This document shows, piece by piece, positions 1 through 8,144 of a DNA stretch of 64,000 nucleotides (positions are counted from its first letter, which is position 1; the number at the start of each line of letters is the position of its first letter). Under the pieces are notes generated by a model. It was not told where the DNA came from and did not search any database. It worked only from the letters and a program-made list of their open reading frames with translations. The stretch lies in assembly GCA_024698685.1 (NCBI GenBank), contig JAILQZ010000002.1:4366-68365 (forward strand), read 5' to 3'. The stretch is from a bacterium. GTDB lineage: Bacteria; Actinomycetota; Coriobacteriia; Coriobacteriales; CADBOM01. The position numbers and the translations under genes are program-made.

Positions 1-2694
1 GCCGTCACCGCCCATCCAGCACCAGCCCTTGGAGTCCTTGGCCCAGCCGTTGGTCACCATCTTGCCGTCAGCGCCCAGGTAGCACCAGCCGTGCGAATCC
101 TTCATCCACTTGCTCTGGTCGCGGTAGCCCTTCGTGATGTGGTACCAGTCGCTGCCGATTTTGAGCCATTTCGTCGAGGTGACCCAATACCCGCTGGAGT
201 CGACCCAGCAGAAACCTTTGCTGTCCTTGACCCACTGATTAGTCACCATGCGACCATCGGAGCCGAGCCAGCACCAGCCCTTGGAATCCTTCTTCCAAGT
301 GTCCTTGACCATGGAACCGTCGTTGTTGAAGAAATACCAGTAGCCGCCTGCCTTGACCCAGCCGGGCTTGGCGGTGATGGCGAAAGAAAGCGACGCTATA
401 GTGCCCGAATAGTTGCCCGTTCCGATAACCGCGTACGTGGCCGTTCCGGGGTAGATGTTGCTGCCATAGTCGACGACGAAGTCCGTCTCGGCGACAAGCG
501 TCTGCAGGATTCCGCCAACCATGAGCTTGACGGTAGGCACCGGCTTGATCTCGGAGCCCGTGAAGTCGTACGAATACTCGACACTGGAGACGGTCGCGCC
601 CGACAGATCGATCGGATTGATCATGAAGCTGACGGCCTTAGATCCAGTGAAGTTGTTCTTGCCCGTAATCACCGCGCGATACGTGCCAGCCGCAGCGGGC
701 GTCACCGTCTGCCCCATGCTGTTCTGAAGGACGTAAGTGTAGTCGACCCCCTCGGTCAGCGTCTTGCCGCCATACGTCACAACGGGAGCCGGCGTGTATG
801 CGTTGCCGTCGTAGGGATGGTCGGGGATAGTCGCAACCGTCGCGTCGGCGATGTTGCTGCCCCTGATCACATACTCGACGGTCATGGAACCCGTATACGG
901 GCTTTTGCCGGTGATGGTGATCTGCTTCGTGCCCGTGCTGACGCAGTCGTCTGGGAAGGACAGCGTGTAGTGCGTGCCCTCCGTCAGCGTGTTGCCTTCC
1001 GAATCCTTGACCGCCACAGATGGCTTGTGAGCCGCACCGTCATACTGGAATTCCGCCGGCTCTACAGTGGCGGTGAGCCCGAAGACGAAGCCGGCAGGCG
1101 CGCTCTCCACCCAACTGCTATCTCCGTAATTGTCCGTTGAATCCGATGCCATCACCAGGAACGTGTACGTGTCCGCAGTGCTGACGATGTAATCGGAGAA
1201 ATCGACCTCTGTTGAGCTCGTGGACGCTGTTGTCACATGGGCATGGTTCCTGCGCAGGATCACCGTATACTCATCTGCATTGGCGACCGCATCCCATTTT
1301 GCAACCTTGCCTTCCCACCTGAGATTGACCGGATTGTCGAGGCTCTCGTTGACGAATCCTGTGTAGGTGCGATTCATCTCGTTTGAGATCCGGTACCCCT
1401 CGTCATCTCCCGCATAAATCGTGAAAGGATAGTCGCCCGATGGACGTCCCTGAGTTTTCAGGAACCCCCTTAAGTCGAACGATGTGTCAGAGGTTGAATC
1501 CCCATAGAAATTGTTCGGGAATACTTCAACGCTGATGTTGTACTTTGCCGCACCAGGATAGGCATCCCATGTCAAAACGCCGTCATCGGAAAGACGCAGG
1601 TTGGTAATATCCCTGTACTCGAACGCGATTCCGTAGGTCAGCGGGCTGTCCTCCGATTTGCTGGTCGCATACTCGTCTGTCCAATCAGATGAGTAGATGT
1701 AGAAATAGTATTGAGCTTCGGTGTCAGTGATGATCCTGGTGCAATCAAATGATGTTTCGTATACGCCCCCATAGTATTCAAGCGTATCTGAATAGCCTGG
1801 CTTGCCCTTGCGCATCACATAGATCGTGTAATCGGTGGCATGCGCAACGGAATCCCATTTGGCCGTCGTTCCATCCCATCTGAGATTCGTGGCCTGATCG
1901 AGCGCTGGATGGTAATACCCGTAGTAGGTGAGCTCCGTAGGGTTGGAGATTTCGACGTCGTTCGCATTCAGGGCGACGACCCTCAGACGATAGTCACCTG
2001 TCGCGAATCCTGACGACTTCATCTTCGCGCAAAGGTCGAATCTGGTGCTTTTGAAACTCATGGAATAGTACTCGTCTATGAAGGTCACCTTGTATTCGGC
2101 TGCTCCTCCATAAGAGCCTATAGTCATGATTCCGTCGTCCGAGAGCTGCACGTACGGAAGATCGCCCAGCCCTCCTTCAGCATATGCCGTGTAGGAGATG
2201 TACCCTACAAAGTCGGTGTCCGAGTCGTAGAGCTTGTAGAAGCTCATTTTCTGGCCGTTGAGGTACACCTGCGTGTCCTCCGTAAACACCGCGTCGGCAT
2301 CTACCCAGATGTCCACCATCATGCGGCTCTCACCGGGAGTGAAGAAGAGGTCCTGGATGCCGTCCTCCGCATAGCGGAACCAGTCCACTTCGCCCTCCCA
2401 GATGTAGGACTGGCACCACCCAAGATAATCGTCCGAGATGAACTCCAGGTCGGAAGCGCTGACAGCCCCGAGCGTCGACGTCACGCTCGTGACCGAGAAC
2501 GTCGGCTGAACCACTGGATCACCGGCATGGAACGAGCTGGGCAGCGCCTCGTTCGTAACGACATCCACCCTGGTGATAGTGTCCGTTGCTGCCTGCGCCT
2601 GCTGCGTGCCCACCACGCAAAAGCCCAGCGCCAACATGAAAACAGCAGCCAAAACCAAGAGCTTGGTGGCTGCCTTCCTTACGATTCCTGTCAT
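1..2694 (-). CDS. Large secreted cell-surface protein whose 3' end is cut by the window edge. It has a signal peptide, an N-terminal domain shared with the neighbouring gene, four ~95-aa FN3-like modules, three YDG/MBG-type Ig-like modules and C-terminal GW-rich cell-wall-binding repeats.
   Basis: Absent from the ORF track because no stop lies inside the window. I translated the minus strand from the ATG at 2694 (MTGIVRKAATKLLVLAAVFMLALGFCVVGTQQAQAATDTITRVDV...). I spot-checked the frame at 2640, 2580, 2520, 1860, 1200 and 60 and it was open each time, ending ...MVTNGWAKDSKGWCWMGGDG at nt 1. AGGAGGG lies 7 nt upstream of the ATG. Confidence 0.8.
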   Translation of the reverse strand, partial: MTGIVRKAATKLLVLAAVFMLALGFCVVGTQQAQAATDTITRVDVVTNEALPSSFHAGDPVVQPTFSVTSVTSTLGAVSASDLEFISDDYLGWCQSYIWEGEVDWFRYAEDGIQDLFFTPGESRMMVDIWVDADAVFTEDTQVYLNGQKMSFYKLYDSDTDFVGYISYTAYAEGGLGDLPYVQLSDDGIMTIGSYGGAAEYKVTFIDEYYSMSFKSTRFDLCAKMKSSGFATGDYRLRVVALNANDVEISNPTELTYYGYYHPALDQATNLRWDGTTAKWDSVAHATDYTIYVMRKGKPGYSDTLEYYGGVYETSFDCTRIITDTEAQYYFYIYSSDWTDEYATSKSEDSPLTYGIAFEYRDITNLRLSDDGVLTWDAYPGAAKYNISVEVFPNNFYGDSTSDTSFDLRGFLKTQGRPSGDYPFTIYAGDDEGYRISNEMNRTYTGFVNESLDNPVNLRWEGKVAKWDAVANADEYTVILRRNHAHVTTASTSSTEVDFSDYIVSTADTYTFLVMASDSTDNYGDSSWVESAPAGFVFGLTATVEPAEFQYDGAAHKPSVAVKDSEGNTLTEGTHYTLSFPDDCVSTGTKQITITGKSPYTGSMTVEYVIRGSNIADATVATIPDHPYDGNAYTPAPVVTYGGKTLTEGVDYTYVLQNSMGQTVTPAAAGTYRAVITGKNNFTGSKAVSFMINPIDLSGATVSSVEYSYDFTGSEIKPVPTVKLMVGGILQTLVAETDFVVDYGSNIYPGTATYAVIGTGNYSGTIASLSFAITAKPGWVKAGGYWYFFNNDGSMVKDTWKKDSKGWCWLGSDGRMVTNQWVKDSKGFCWVDSSGYWVTSTKWLKIGSDWYHITKGYRDQSKWMKDSHGWCYLGADGKMVTNGWAKDSKGWCWMGGDG

Positions 2695-2789
2695 CTGGTT
2701 GCCCTCCTAACCTGTGGGTTTTTACCACGTGGGAATCATCTTCTCTTGAATCGTTTTTACCTTCCCCACTCCGCTTCTGTCAACTAAAG
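2691..2789 (-). repeat. 99-nt promoter/leader/start-codon unit, identical to 5341..5439.
   Basis: Direct comparison shows tcatctggttgccctcctaacctgtgggtttttaccacgtgggaatcatcttctcttgaatcgtttttaccttccccactccgcttctgtcaactaaag at both sites (offset 2650 nt). Similarity continues at lower identity into both coding regions. Confidence 0.95.
2754..2783 (-). promoter_or_regulatory. Candidate sigma-70-type promoter for the 1..2694 surface-protein gene.
   Basis: On the minus strand: TTGACA (2783..2778), an 18-nt spacer, then TAAAAA (2759..2754). It sits about 60 nt upstream of the ATG and directly after the upstream terminator hairpin. Confidence 0.4.
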
Positions 2790-2822
2790 CGGGGGCCCGG
2801 TAATGCGATTGCCGAGCCCCCG
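2790..2822 (-). terminator. Hairpin terminator downstream of the 2849..5344 gene.
   Basis: cgggggc (2790-2796) pairs with gcccccg (2816-2822). On the minus strand the hairpin is followed by TTTAGTT. Confidence 0.5.
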
Positions 2823-2848
2823 TTTCTAAACCTATGCGCTAAGTCGAA

Positions 2849-5344
2849 CTACGAAACCCAGTGTCCCTTGGAGTCGAAGGTGTAGGTCTTGCTTCCGATG
2901 GTGATCGTGCCAGTGGCCATCTTGCCGTTGGCCTGCAGGTAGTACCAGTAGCTTCCTGACTTGACCCACTCAGACTTCGCCATGTAGTGGTTGGATTTGA
3001 TGTAGTACCAGGCATCTCCATCCTTGACCCACTTGTTTGCGACCCAGTAGCCATCTGCGCCCATCCAGCACCAGCCCTTGCTGTCCTTGGCCCAGCCGTT
3101 GGTCACCATCTTGCCGTCGGGGCCGAGGTAGCACCAGCCCTTCGAATCCTTCATCCACTTGCTCTGGTCGCGGTAGCCCTTGGTGATGTGGTACCAGTCG
3201 CCATCAATCTTGAGCCACTTGGTCGTCACGAGCATGTAGCCGTTGGATCCGATCCAGCACCATCCCTTGGAGTCCTTTGCCCAGTCGTTGGTGACCATAC
3301 GGCCATCAGCTCCGAGGTAGCACCAACCCTTGCTGTCCTTCTTCCAGACATTGGTGGCCATGGTGTCGTCGGAATTGAAGTAGTACCAATAGCCTTCGAT
3401 CTTGTTCCATCCGGCCTTGATGATCTTGAAGGACACTGATGCCGTGCCCTCGTAGCGATTGCCGGTAAACGTCACCGTAGCGGTGGCGTTGCCAGGATTC
3501 TTGTTGTTGGAATAGGTGACGGAATACTGCGCAGCTGGGATGGTATTCCCGTTGGAGTCCACAACCGTAACCACGGGCTCCCTTGCGCTGCCGTTGGAAA
3601 CGCAAAACTCCGGATCTACCAAGAAGGTTGCGGGCGAATAAATCGTCTCGCCTTTCGTGTCGCCACACCTATCGCACGTATACCCAACACTGCCGTTCGA
3701 GGTAAGGGTCGCCTTAGTTATCGCATTCTCAACCCAGCAATGGAATCCTTCTGGCCCCATATCGAAGAGGATATTGTTGCCTTGGCTGGAGACGTCGACT
3801 GCAGCCCATTGCTCCTCCGAGCCCATGTAGTTGATCGTCTCGAGGCCGGTGTTGCTGAATGCTTCGCTGTCGATCCGGGCAACCGACGAAGGCAGTGTGA
3901 TTTCCTTCAACTTCTCATCGTTTGCAAATGCTGCCCAGCCAATCCTCTCTAGGGTGCTGGGAAGAGAAATGCTTGTGCAGTTGCGGAAACTCGTTGTCGA
4001 GCAGGAGCCGAGAGTCGTCACACCCTCTCCAACCTCGAGCGCCTTCACGTAATACGCAAAGGGGCTGAATGGCGAATACGCGGAATTCCCGTAATCGATC
4101 ATCGGACCAGAACCAGTGATCGAGAGAACGCCGCTCTCCTCGTCGTAAGCCCAATAGACATCTTCACCGCACTTGCCAGACCTGGCATCGGGATCGGGCG
4201 GTCTCAGCGCTCCGCACACCGTGCATCTCTCATCTGCTCCCCAGATATGCTCTCCGGTCGCGGGCTCGGTTTCCTGATTGTAACTGCTGCCGCAACTGCA
4301 CTCATAAACATCGTATCCGGCTGCTCCGCAAGTCGCAGCGTGCGACTCTACCTTAACGAAATTATGGGTATGGCCTTGGATTACCAGCGCATCGGTGCCG
4401 AGGATATCGTTTCCTTGGTTGGAGACGACTACTGCAGCCCATTGTTCCATCGTTCCCAGATAATTGATTGTCTCGAGGCCGGTGTTGCTGAATGCTTGGC
4501 CGTCGATCCGGGCAACCGACGAAGGCAGTGTGATCTCCTTCAGCTTCTCATAGTTGGCAAAATCAGCCCAGCCGATCCTCTCCAGCGTGCTGGGAAGGGA
4601 AACGCTGGTGCAGTTAGTGAAGCCAGCGGTCAAGCATGACCCGAGGCCAGTAATTCCCTCTTCCACAATCAGCGTTTTGATATACCAGCGATATGGTGAG
4701 AACGGCGAGAACATGGAGTTGCCGTAGTCGTTCGTCGCGCCCATTCCCGAAAGCGTCAGCGTCCCGGTTTCCATGTCGATGGAGTAGGTGACGCCATCGC
4801 CGCAGGAGCCCGTCGTTTCAGACGCATAGCGGGAAACGTAGTAGATGACGTCCTGGTTGTTGTACCTCTTGTAGAGCGTCATTTCCTCGCCATTGACGTA
4901 GAACTTGCAATCATCCGCAAAGACATAGCCTGAATCTTCGCCGACCCACAGCTCCACCATGAACCGACTCTCTCCACCTGTGTAGTAGAGATCTTGTACG
5001 CCATCTTCGGAATATTTAATCCAGTCCACGTTCCCGTGGGTATCGGTATAGGATTGGCACCATCCGTAGTACTCGCTTGGGTCGAACTGGAGATCGGATG
5101 CCGTGACCAGCCCGTTGGTGGATTCCACCGATTTGACGCTGAAGGGCAACAGTTCGACGTAATCCCCTGGCTTGAAGGCATAGTTAAGAGAATAGCCCGA
5201 TCCAGTGATGATATTGACCCTAGTGATAGTGTCCGTTGCCGCCTGCGCATGTTGTGCGCCCACGACGCAAAAGCCCAGCGACAACATGAAAACGGCAGCC
5301 AATGCCAATAGCTTGGTGGCTGCCTTCCTTGCGATTCCTCTCAT
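2849..5344 (-). CDS. Secreted cell-surface protein. It has a signal peptide, an N-terminal domain paralogous to the 1..2694 gene, two BspA-type leucine-rich-repeat modules separated by a Cys-rich linker, one Ig-like module and C-terminal GW-rich cell-wall-binding repeats.
   Basis: 831-aa ORF. The N-terminus is MRGIARKAATKLLALAAVFMLSLGFCVVGAQHAQAATDT. The LRR signature ITLPSSVARID..AFSNTGLETINY occurs twice. The C-terminus carries repeated GWCYLGADGKMVTNGWAKDSKGWCW units. Confidence 0.85.
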   Translation of the reverse strand: MRGIARKAATKLLALAAVFMLSLGFCVVGAQHAQAATDTITRVNIITGSGYSLNYAFKPGDYVELLPFSVKSVESTNGLVTASDLQFDPSEYYGWCQSYTDTHGNVDWIKYSEDGVQDLYYTGGESRFMVELWVGEDSGYVFADDCKFYVNGEEMTLYKRYNNQDVIYYVSRYASETTGSCGDGVTYSIDMETGTLTLSGMGATNDYGNSMFSPFSPYRWYIKTLIVEEGITGLGSCLTAGFTNCTSVSLPSTLERIGWADFANYEKLKEITLPSSVARIDGQAFSNTGLETINYLGTMEQWAAVVVSNQGNDILGTDALVIQGHTHNFVKVESHAATCGAAGYDVYECSCGSSYNQETEPATGEHIWGADERCTVCGALRPPDPDARSGKCGEDVYWAYDEESGVLSITGSGPMIDYGNSAYSPFSPFAYYVKALEVGEGVTTLGSCSTTSFRNCTSISLPSTLERIGWAAFANDEKLKEITLPSSVARIDSEAFSNTGLETINYMGSEEQWAAVDVSSQGNNILFDMGPEGFHCWVENAITKATLTSNGSVGYTCDRCGDTKGETIYSPATFLVDPEFCVSNGSAREPVVTVVDSNGNTIPAAQYSVTYSNNKNPGNATATVTFTGNRYEGTASVSFKIIKAGWNKIEGYWYYFNSDDTMATNVWKKDSKGWCYLGADGRMVTNDWAKDSKGWCWIGSNGYMLVTTKWLKIDGDWYHITKGYRDQSKWMKDSKGWCYLGPDGKMVTNGWAKDSKGWCWMGADGYWVANKWVKDGDAWYYIKSNHYMAKSEWVKSGSYWYYLQANGKMATGTITIGSKTYTFDSKGHWVS

Positions 5345-5439
5345 CTGGTTGCCCTCCTAACCTGTGGGTTTTTACCACGTGGGAATCATCTTCTCTTGAA
5401 TCGTTTTTACCTTCCCCACTCCGCTTCTGTCAACTAAAG
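5341..5439 (-). repeat. Second copy of the 99-nt promoter/leader unit (identical to 2691..2789).
   Basis: See 2691..2789. The copies are identical base for base. Confidence 0.95.
5404..5433 (-). promoter_or_regulatory. Candidate sigma-70-type promoter for the 2849..5344 gene.
   Basis: Same TTGACA-18 nt-TAAAAA arrangement as at 2754..2783, because it lies inside the identical repeat. Confidence 0.4.
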
Positions 5440-5442
5440 TAG

Positions 5443-5469
5443 AGGCCCGGCAATGCGATTGCCGGGCCT
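5443..5469 (-). terminator. Hairpin terminator downstream of secF.
   Basis: A 9-bp stem formed by aggcccggc (5443-5451) and gccgggcct (5461-5469) with a 9-nt loop. It resembles the hairpin at 2790-2822. Confidence 0.55.
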
Positions 5470-5497
5470 TTGTATCGAAAGCTATTAAAAGCGCAGG

Positions 5498-6532
5498 CTA
5501 CTTGCCCTTCTTCTTCTCCTTCTCCCTCGCGTTCTTTGCGGCCTTCTTGACGACCGACTGCGGGAGGTTCTCCTCGCGGAACATCTCGGGCAGCTGATCT
5601 CCGCTGAAGTCGCCGACGCCCTCGCCGTACTTGACAGCAAGCGGGGCGTACTCGGGCTCCCTGGACTTCCACAGCGAGAAGATCGGAACCGAGATTCCGA
5701 ACGACGAGTAGGAGCCGAGGATGAGTCCGATCGTCATCGCGAACGCGAAGTCCTTCAGCGTGTCGCCACCGAAGAAGAGCATCGCGAGAACCGGGAGCAG
5801 CGAGGTCAGCGTGGTGTTGATCGTACGCGCGAAGACCTGGTTGACCGAGTGGTTCGCAATGGTCATGTAGGAATGCTGCATGTCCGGGCTGGCGTTCTCG
5901 TTGATTCGGTGGAATACGACGACGGTGTCGTATAACGAGTAGCCCATGATGGTCAGCAGCGCGGCGATCGCGTTAGGCGTGACCTCGCGCCCGAACAGCG
6001 CGTAGATGCCGATGACGATCAGCAGGTCGTGGCAAAGGCCGAGGATCGCGGTGAGAGACATCTTCCACTCGAACCTGATCGCGATGTAGCAGATGATCAG
6101 CAGCATCGCGATGATGAACGCCTTCAGCGAGGTCTTCAGGACGCTCGATCCCCAGTCAGGACCGATGGTCTGGACCTCGTAGGAGGACTCCTCGAGCTGA
6201 AGGTCGCCGGTCAGCTGGATAGCTACGGCGGTTGCAGCCTCGGGGCTGGTCTCGCTCGTGCGGATGATGAATCCATGCGTGGTTCCCGAGTCAGAAGTCT
6301 GGATGATCGGGTTCTCCAGACCCGCGTTGTCGCATGCTTCGCGCATCTGCTCGATGGTGAGCTCGCCGGTGTTGGTGAACGTGATGTTCGTGCCGCCGAC
6401 GAACTCGATGCCGAGGTTGAGACCCCTGATGGCAAGCGCGCCAATCGAGAGGACGACCAGGAAGAGAGAGATAGCGAAGAAGATCTTCCTATGACCCATG
6501 AAGTTCAGGTCATGCTTGAAATACCTAGCCAT
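5498..6532 (-). CDS. secF: Protein translocase subunit SecF.
   Basis: 344-aa polytopic membrane protein with SecF-like sequence (MARYFKHDLNFMGHRKIFFAISL... FHRINEN...). It overlaps the secD stop by 8 nt. Confidence 0.9.
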   Translation of the reverse strand: MARYFKHDLNFMGHRKIFFAISLFLVVLSIGALAIRGLNLGIEFVGGTNITFTNTGELTIEQMREACDNAGLENPIIQTSDSGTTHGFIIRTSETSPEAATAVAIQLTGDLQLEESSYEVQTIGPDWGSSVLKTSLKAFIIAMLLIICYIAIRFEWKMSLTAILGLCHDLLIVIGIYALFGREVTPNAIAALLTIMGYSLYDTVVVFHRINENASPDMQHSYMTIANHSVNQVFARTINTTLTSLLPVLAMLFFGGDTLKDFAFAMTIGLILGSYSSFGISVPIFSLWKSREPEYAPLAVKYGEGVGDFSGDQLPEMFREENLPQSVVKKAAKNAREKEKKKGK

Positions 6533-7922
6533 TCTCGCCTCCTCTCACCATCTCGCCAGCAGCGATCGCTTCGGCAAGGTCGTCCTTGACGCCCCAGAAC
6601 TTCGGGTTGTTGGCGATGACCTTGGGAGCGAGAAGCCTGATGATCGGACCCTTGAAGCAGACCATCGTGATGATGTCGCAGACGATTCCGAGAGCAAGCG
6701 TGAGGCCGAAGCCCTTGACCGCGCCAGCCGCGAAGATCAACAGCGCGAGCGCTGAGACGATCGTGACGACGTCGGCGTCGATCGAGGTCATGATTCCGTG
6801 ATGGACACCGCTCTTGGACGAAGCCTTGATCGAACGCCCCATGCGGATCTCCTCCCGGAACCTCTCCAAGACGAGAATCGACGAGTCCGCCGCCATGCCT
6901 ATCGTCAGGATGATTCCCGCAATGCCCGCGAGCGAGAGCGAGAAGAGCCCCATCGCCGAGAGCAATGCGAGTATTCCGAGGTAGATCGTGCCGAAGACCA
7001 GCATCGCCGCAGCGGTGAGGAGGCCGAGACCCCTGTAGTAGAAGATCAGGTAGCAGATGACGACGATCATTCCGACGAGCATCGCGATGAGGCCGGCACG
7101 AAGCGAGTCCTGACCGAGCGTCGGACCGACGACCTGCGACTGCGAGTAGGTCAGCGTGACCGGCAGCGAGCCTGACTCGAGAATCGTCACGAGCGACTCT
7201 GCCTGCTCCTGCGTGTAGTTGCCGGTGATCTCGACGCGGCCGTTGGGAATCTCGCTTTGAACCGCGGGGGCCGACTGAACCACGCCGTCGAGGACGATCG
7301 CAACTTTGCCGTGCGTGGGCGCGAGCCTCTTGGTGAGCTTGCCGAACGCATCGGCGCCCTCAGAGTTGAGCGTGATGTCGACCGCGTAGTAGGCGCTGAT
7401 CTCCGACTCCGTGCCGATCGTCACATTGTTGATGTTATCGCCAGTGATGTTGGTTTCGTAGGTGCCTGGCGCAAGGGTGACGCCCGTGTAGCCCTGATCG
7501 ATCATGTCGCGGGTCTGCTTATCCGTAATCGTCGAGACGTCGACGAACTCGAGGTAGCCGACCGTTCCGATCGTGTCGAGCGCGGTTTGCGGATCCGCGA
7601 CTCCGGGGATTTGGATGAGGATCTGGTCATCGCCCTGGAGCTGCACCGTCGCCTCGGACGCGCCAAGTGCGTTGACGCGGTTCTCGAGGACCTTGACCGT
7701 GGTGTCCATGTCGTCGGAGCTCGGAGCCTCACCGGAGGCGGTCTCGGCCGTCATGACCACCGAAATTCCTCCTTGGATGTCCAAGCCCTGGTTGATGCGC
7801 TCCGTAGGCGGCCAGAACAACGCTATCGAGCCCGCCACCAGCGCGGCAACCACGACGAGAAGGGTGACGGGGATTCGCCTCTCCGACATCTTCTTCTTTG
7901 GTTTGAACCTGCTAGTTGCCAT
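6525..7922 (-). CDS. secD: Protein translocase subunit SecD.
   Basis: The ORF runs 6525..7985. I place the start at the internal ATG (MATSRFKPKKKMSERRIPVTLLVVVAAL), which is preceded by GGAAAGAA. The sequence is SecD-like, with a periplasmic domain and a C-terminal 6-TM block. Confidence 0.9.
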   Translation of the reverse strand: MATSRFKPKKKMSERRIPVTLLVVVAALVAGSIALFWPPTERINQGLDIQGGISVVMTAETASGEAPSSDDMDTTVKVLENRVNALGASEATVQLQGDDQILIQIPGVADPQTALDTIGTVGYLEFVDVSTITDKQTRDMIDQGYTGVTLAPGTYETNITGDNINNVTIGTESEISAYYAVDITLNSEGADAFGKLTKRLAPTHGKVAIVLDGVVQSAPAVQSEIPNGRVEITGNYTQEQAESLVTILESGSLPVTLTYSQSQVVGPTLGQDSLRAGLIAMLVGMIVVICYLIFYYRGLGLLTAAAMLVFGTIYLGILALLSAMGLFSLSLAGIAGIILTIGMAADSSILVLERFREEIRMGRSIKASSKSGVHHGIMTSIDADVVTIVSALALLIFAAGAVKGFGLTLALGIVCDIITMVCFKGPIIRLLAPKVIANNPKFWGVKDDLAEAIAAGEMVRGGENG

Positions 7923-7987
7923 CGATTCTTTCCGTTCTTGTGATTGATTGCCTTGAGCCCATGGCCCTGCGCAACGTACAACCAATC

Positions 7988-8017
7988 ATTATACAATCCC
8001 GAGTATAGCAACTGGAA
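7988..8017 (-). promoter_or_regulatory. Candidate secDF promoter.
   Basis: On the minus strand: TTCCAG (8017..8012), an 18-nt spacer, then consensus TATAAT (7993..7988). It lies about 65 nt upstream of the secD ATG. Confidence 0.4.
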
Positions 8018-8144
8018 GGGAGCTGGGGTTCACGCTCCCAGCGCTGGATAAGCGGCATATCTGACATGGCGCAAACCCGCTGAGCAGCGTTTTTGGACAT
8101 GTTTTGCCCGATAGGGCCGCAATTCGAGAGCGAACGCGATGCAG

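Noticed and set aside
91-1140. 349-aa plus-strand ORF in the ORF track.
   Set aside because: It lies entirely antisense to the open minus-strand frame of the surface-protein gene (1..2694). Its sequence is low-complexity and Arg/Ala/Val/Asp-rich with no recognisable family. This is a typical shadow ORF in GC-rich DNA.
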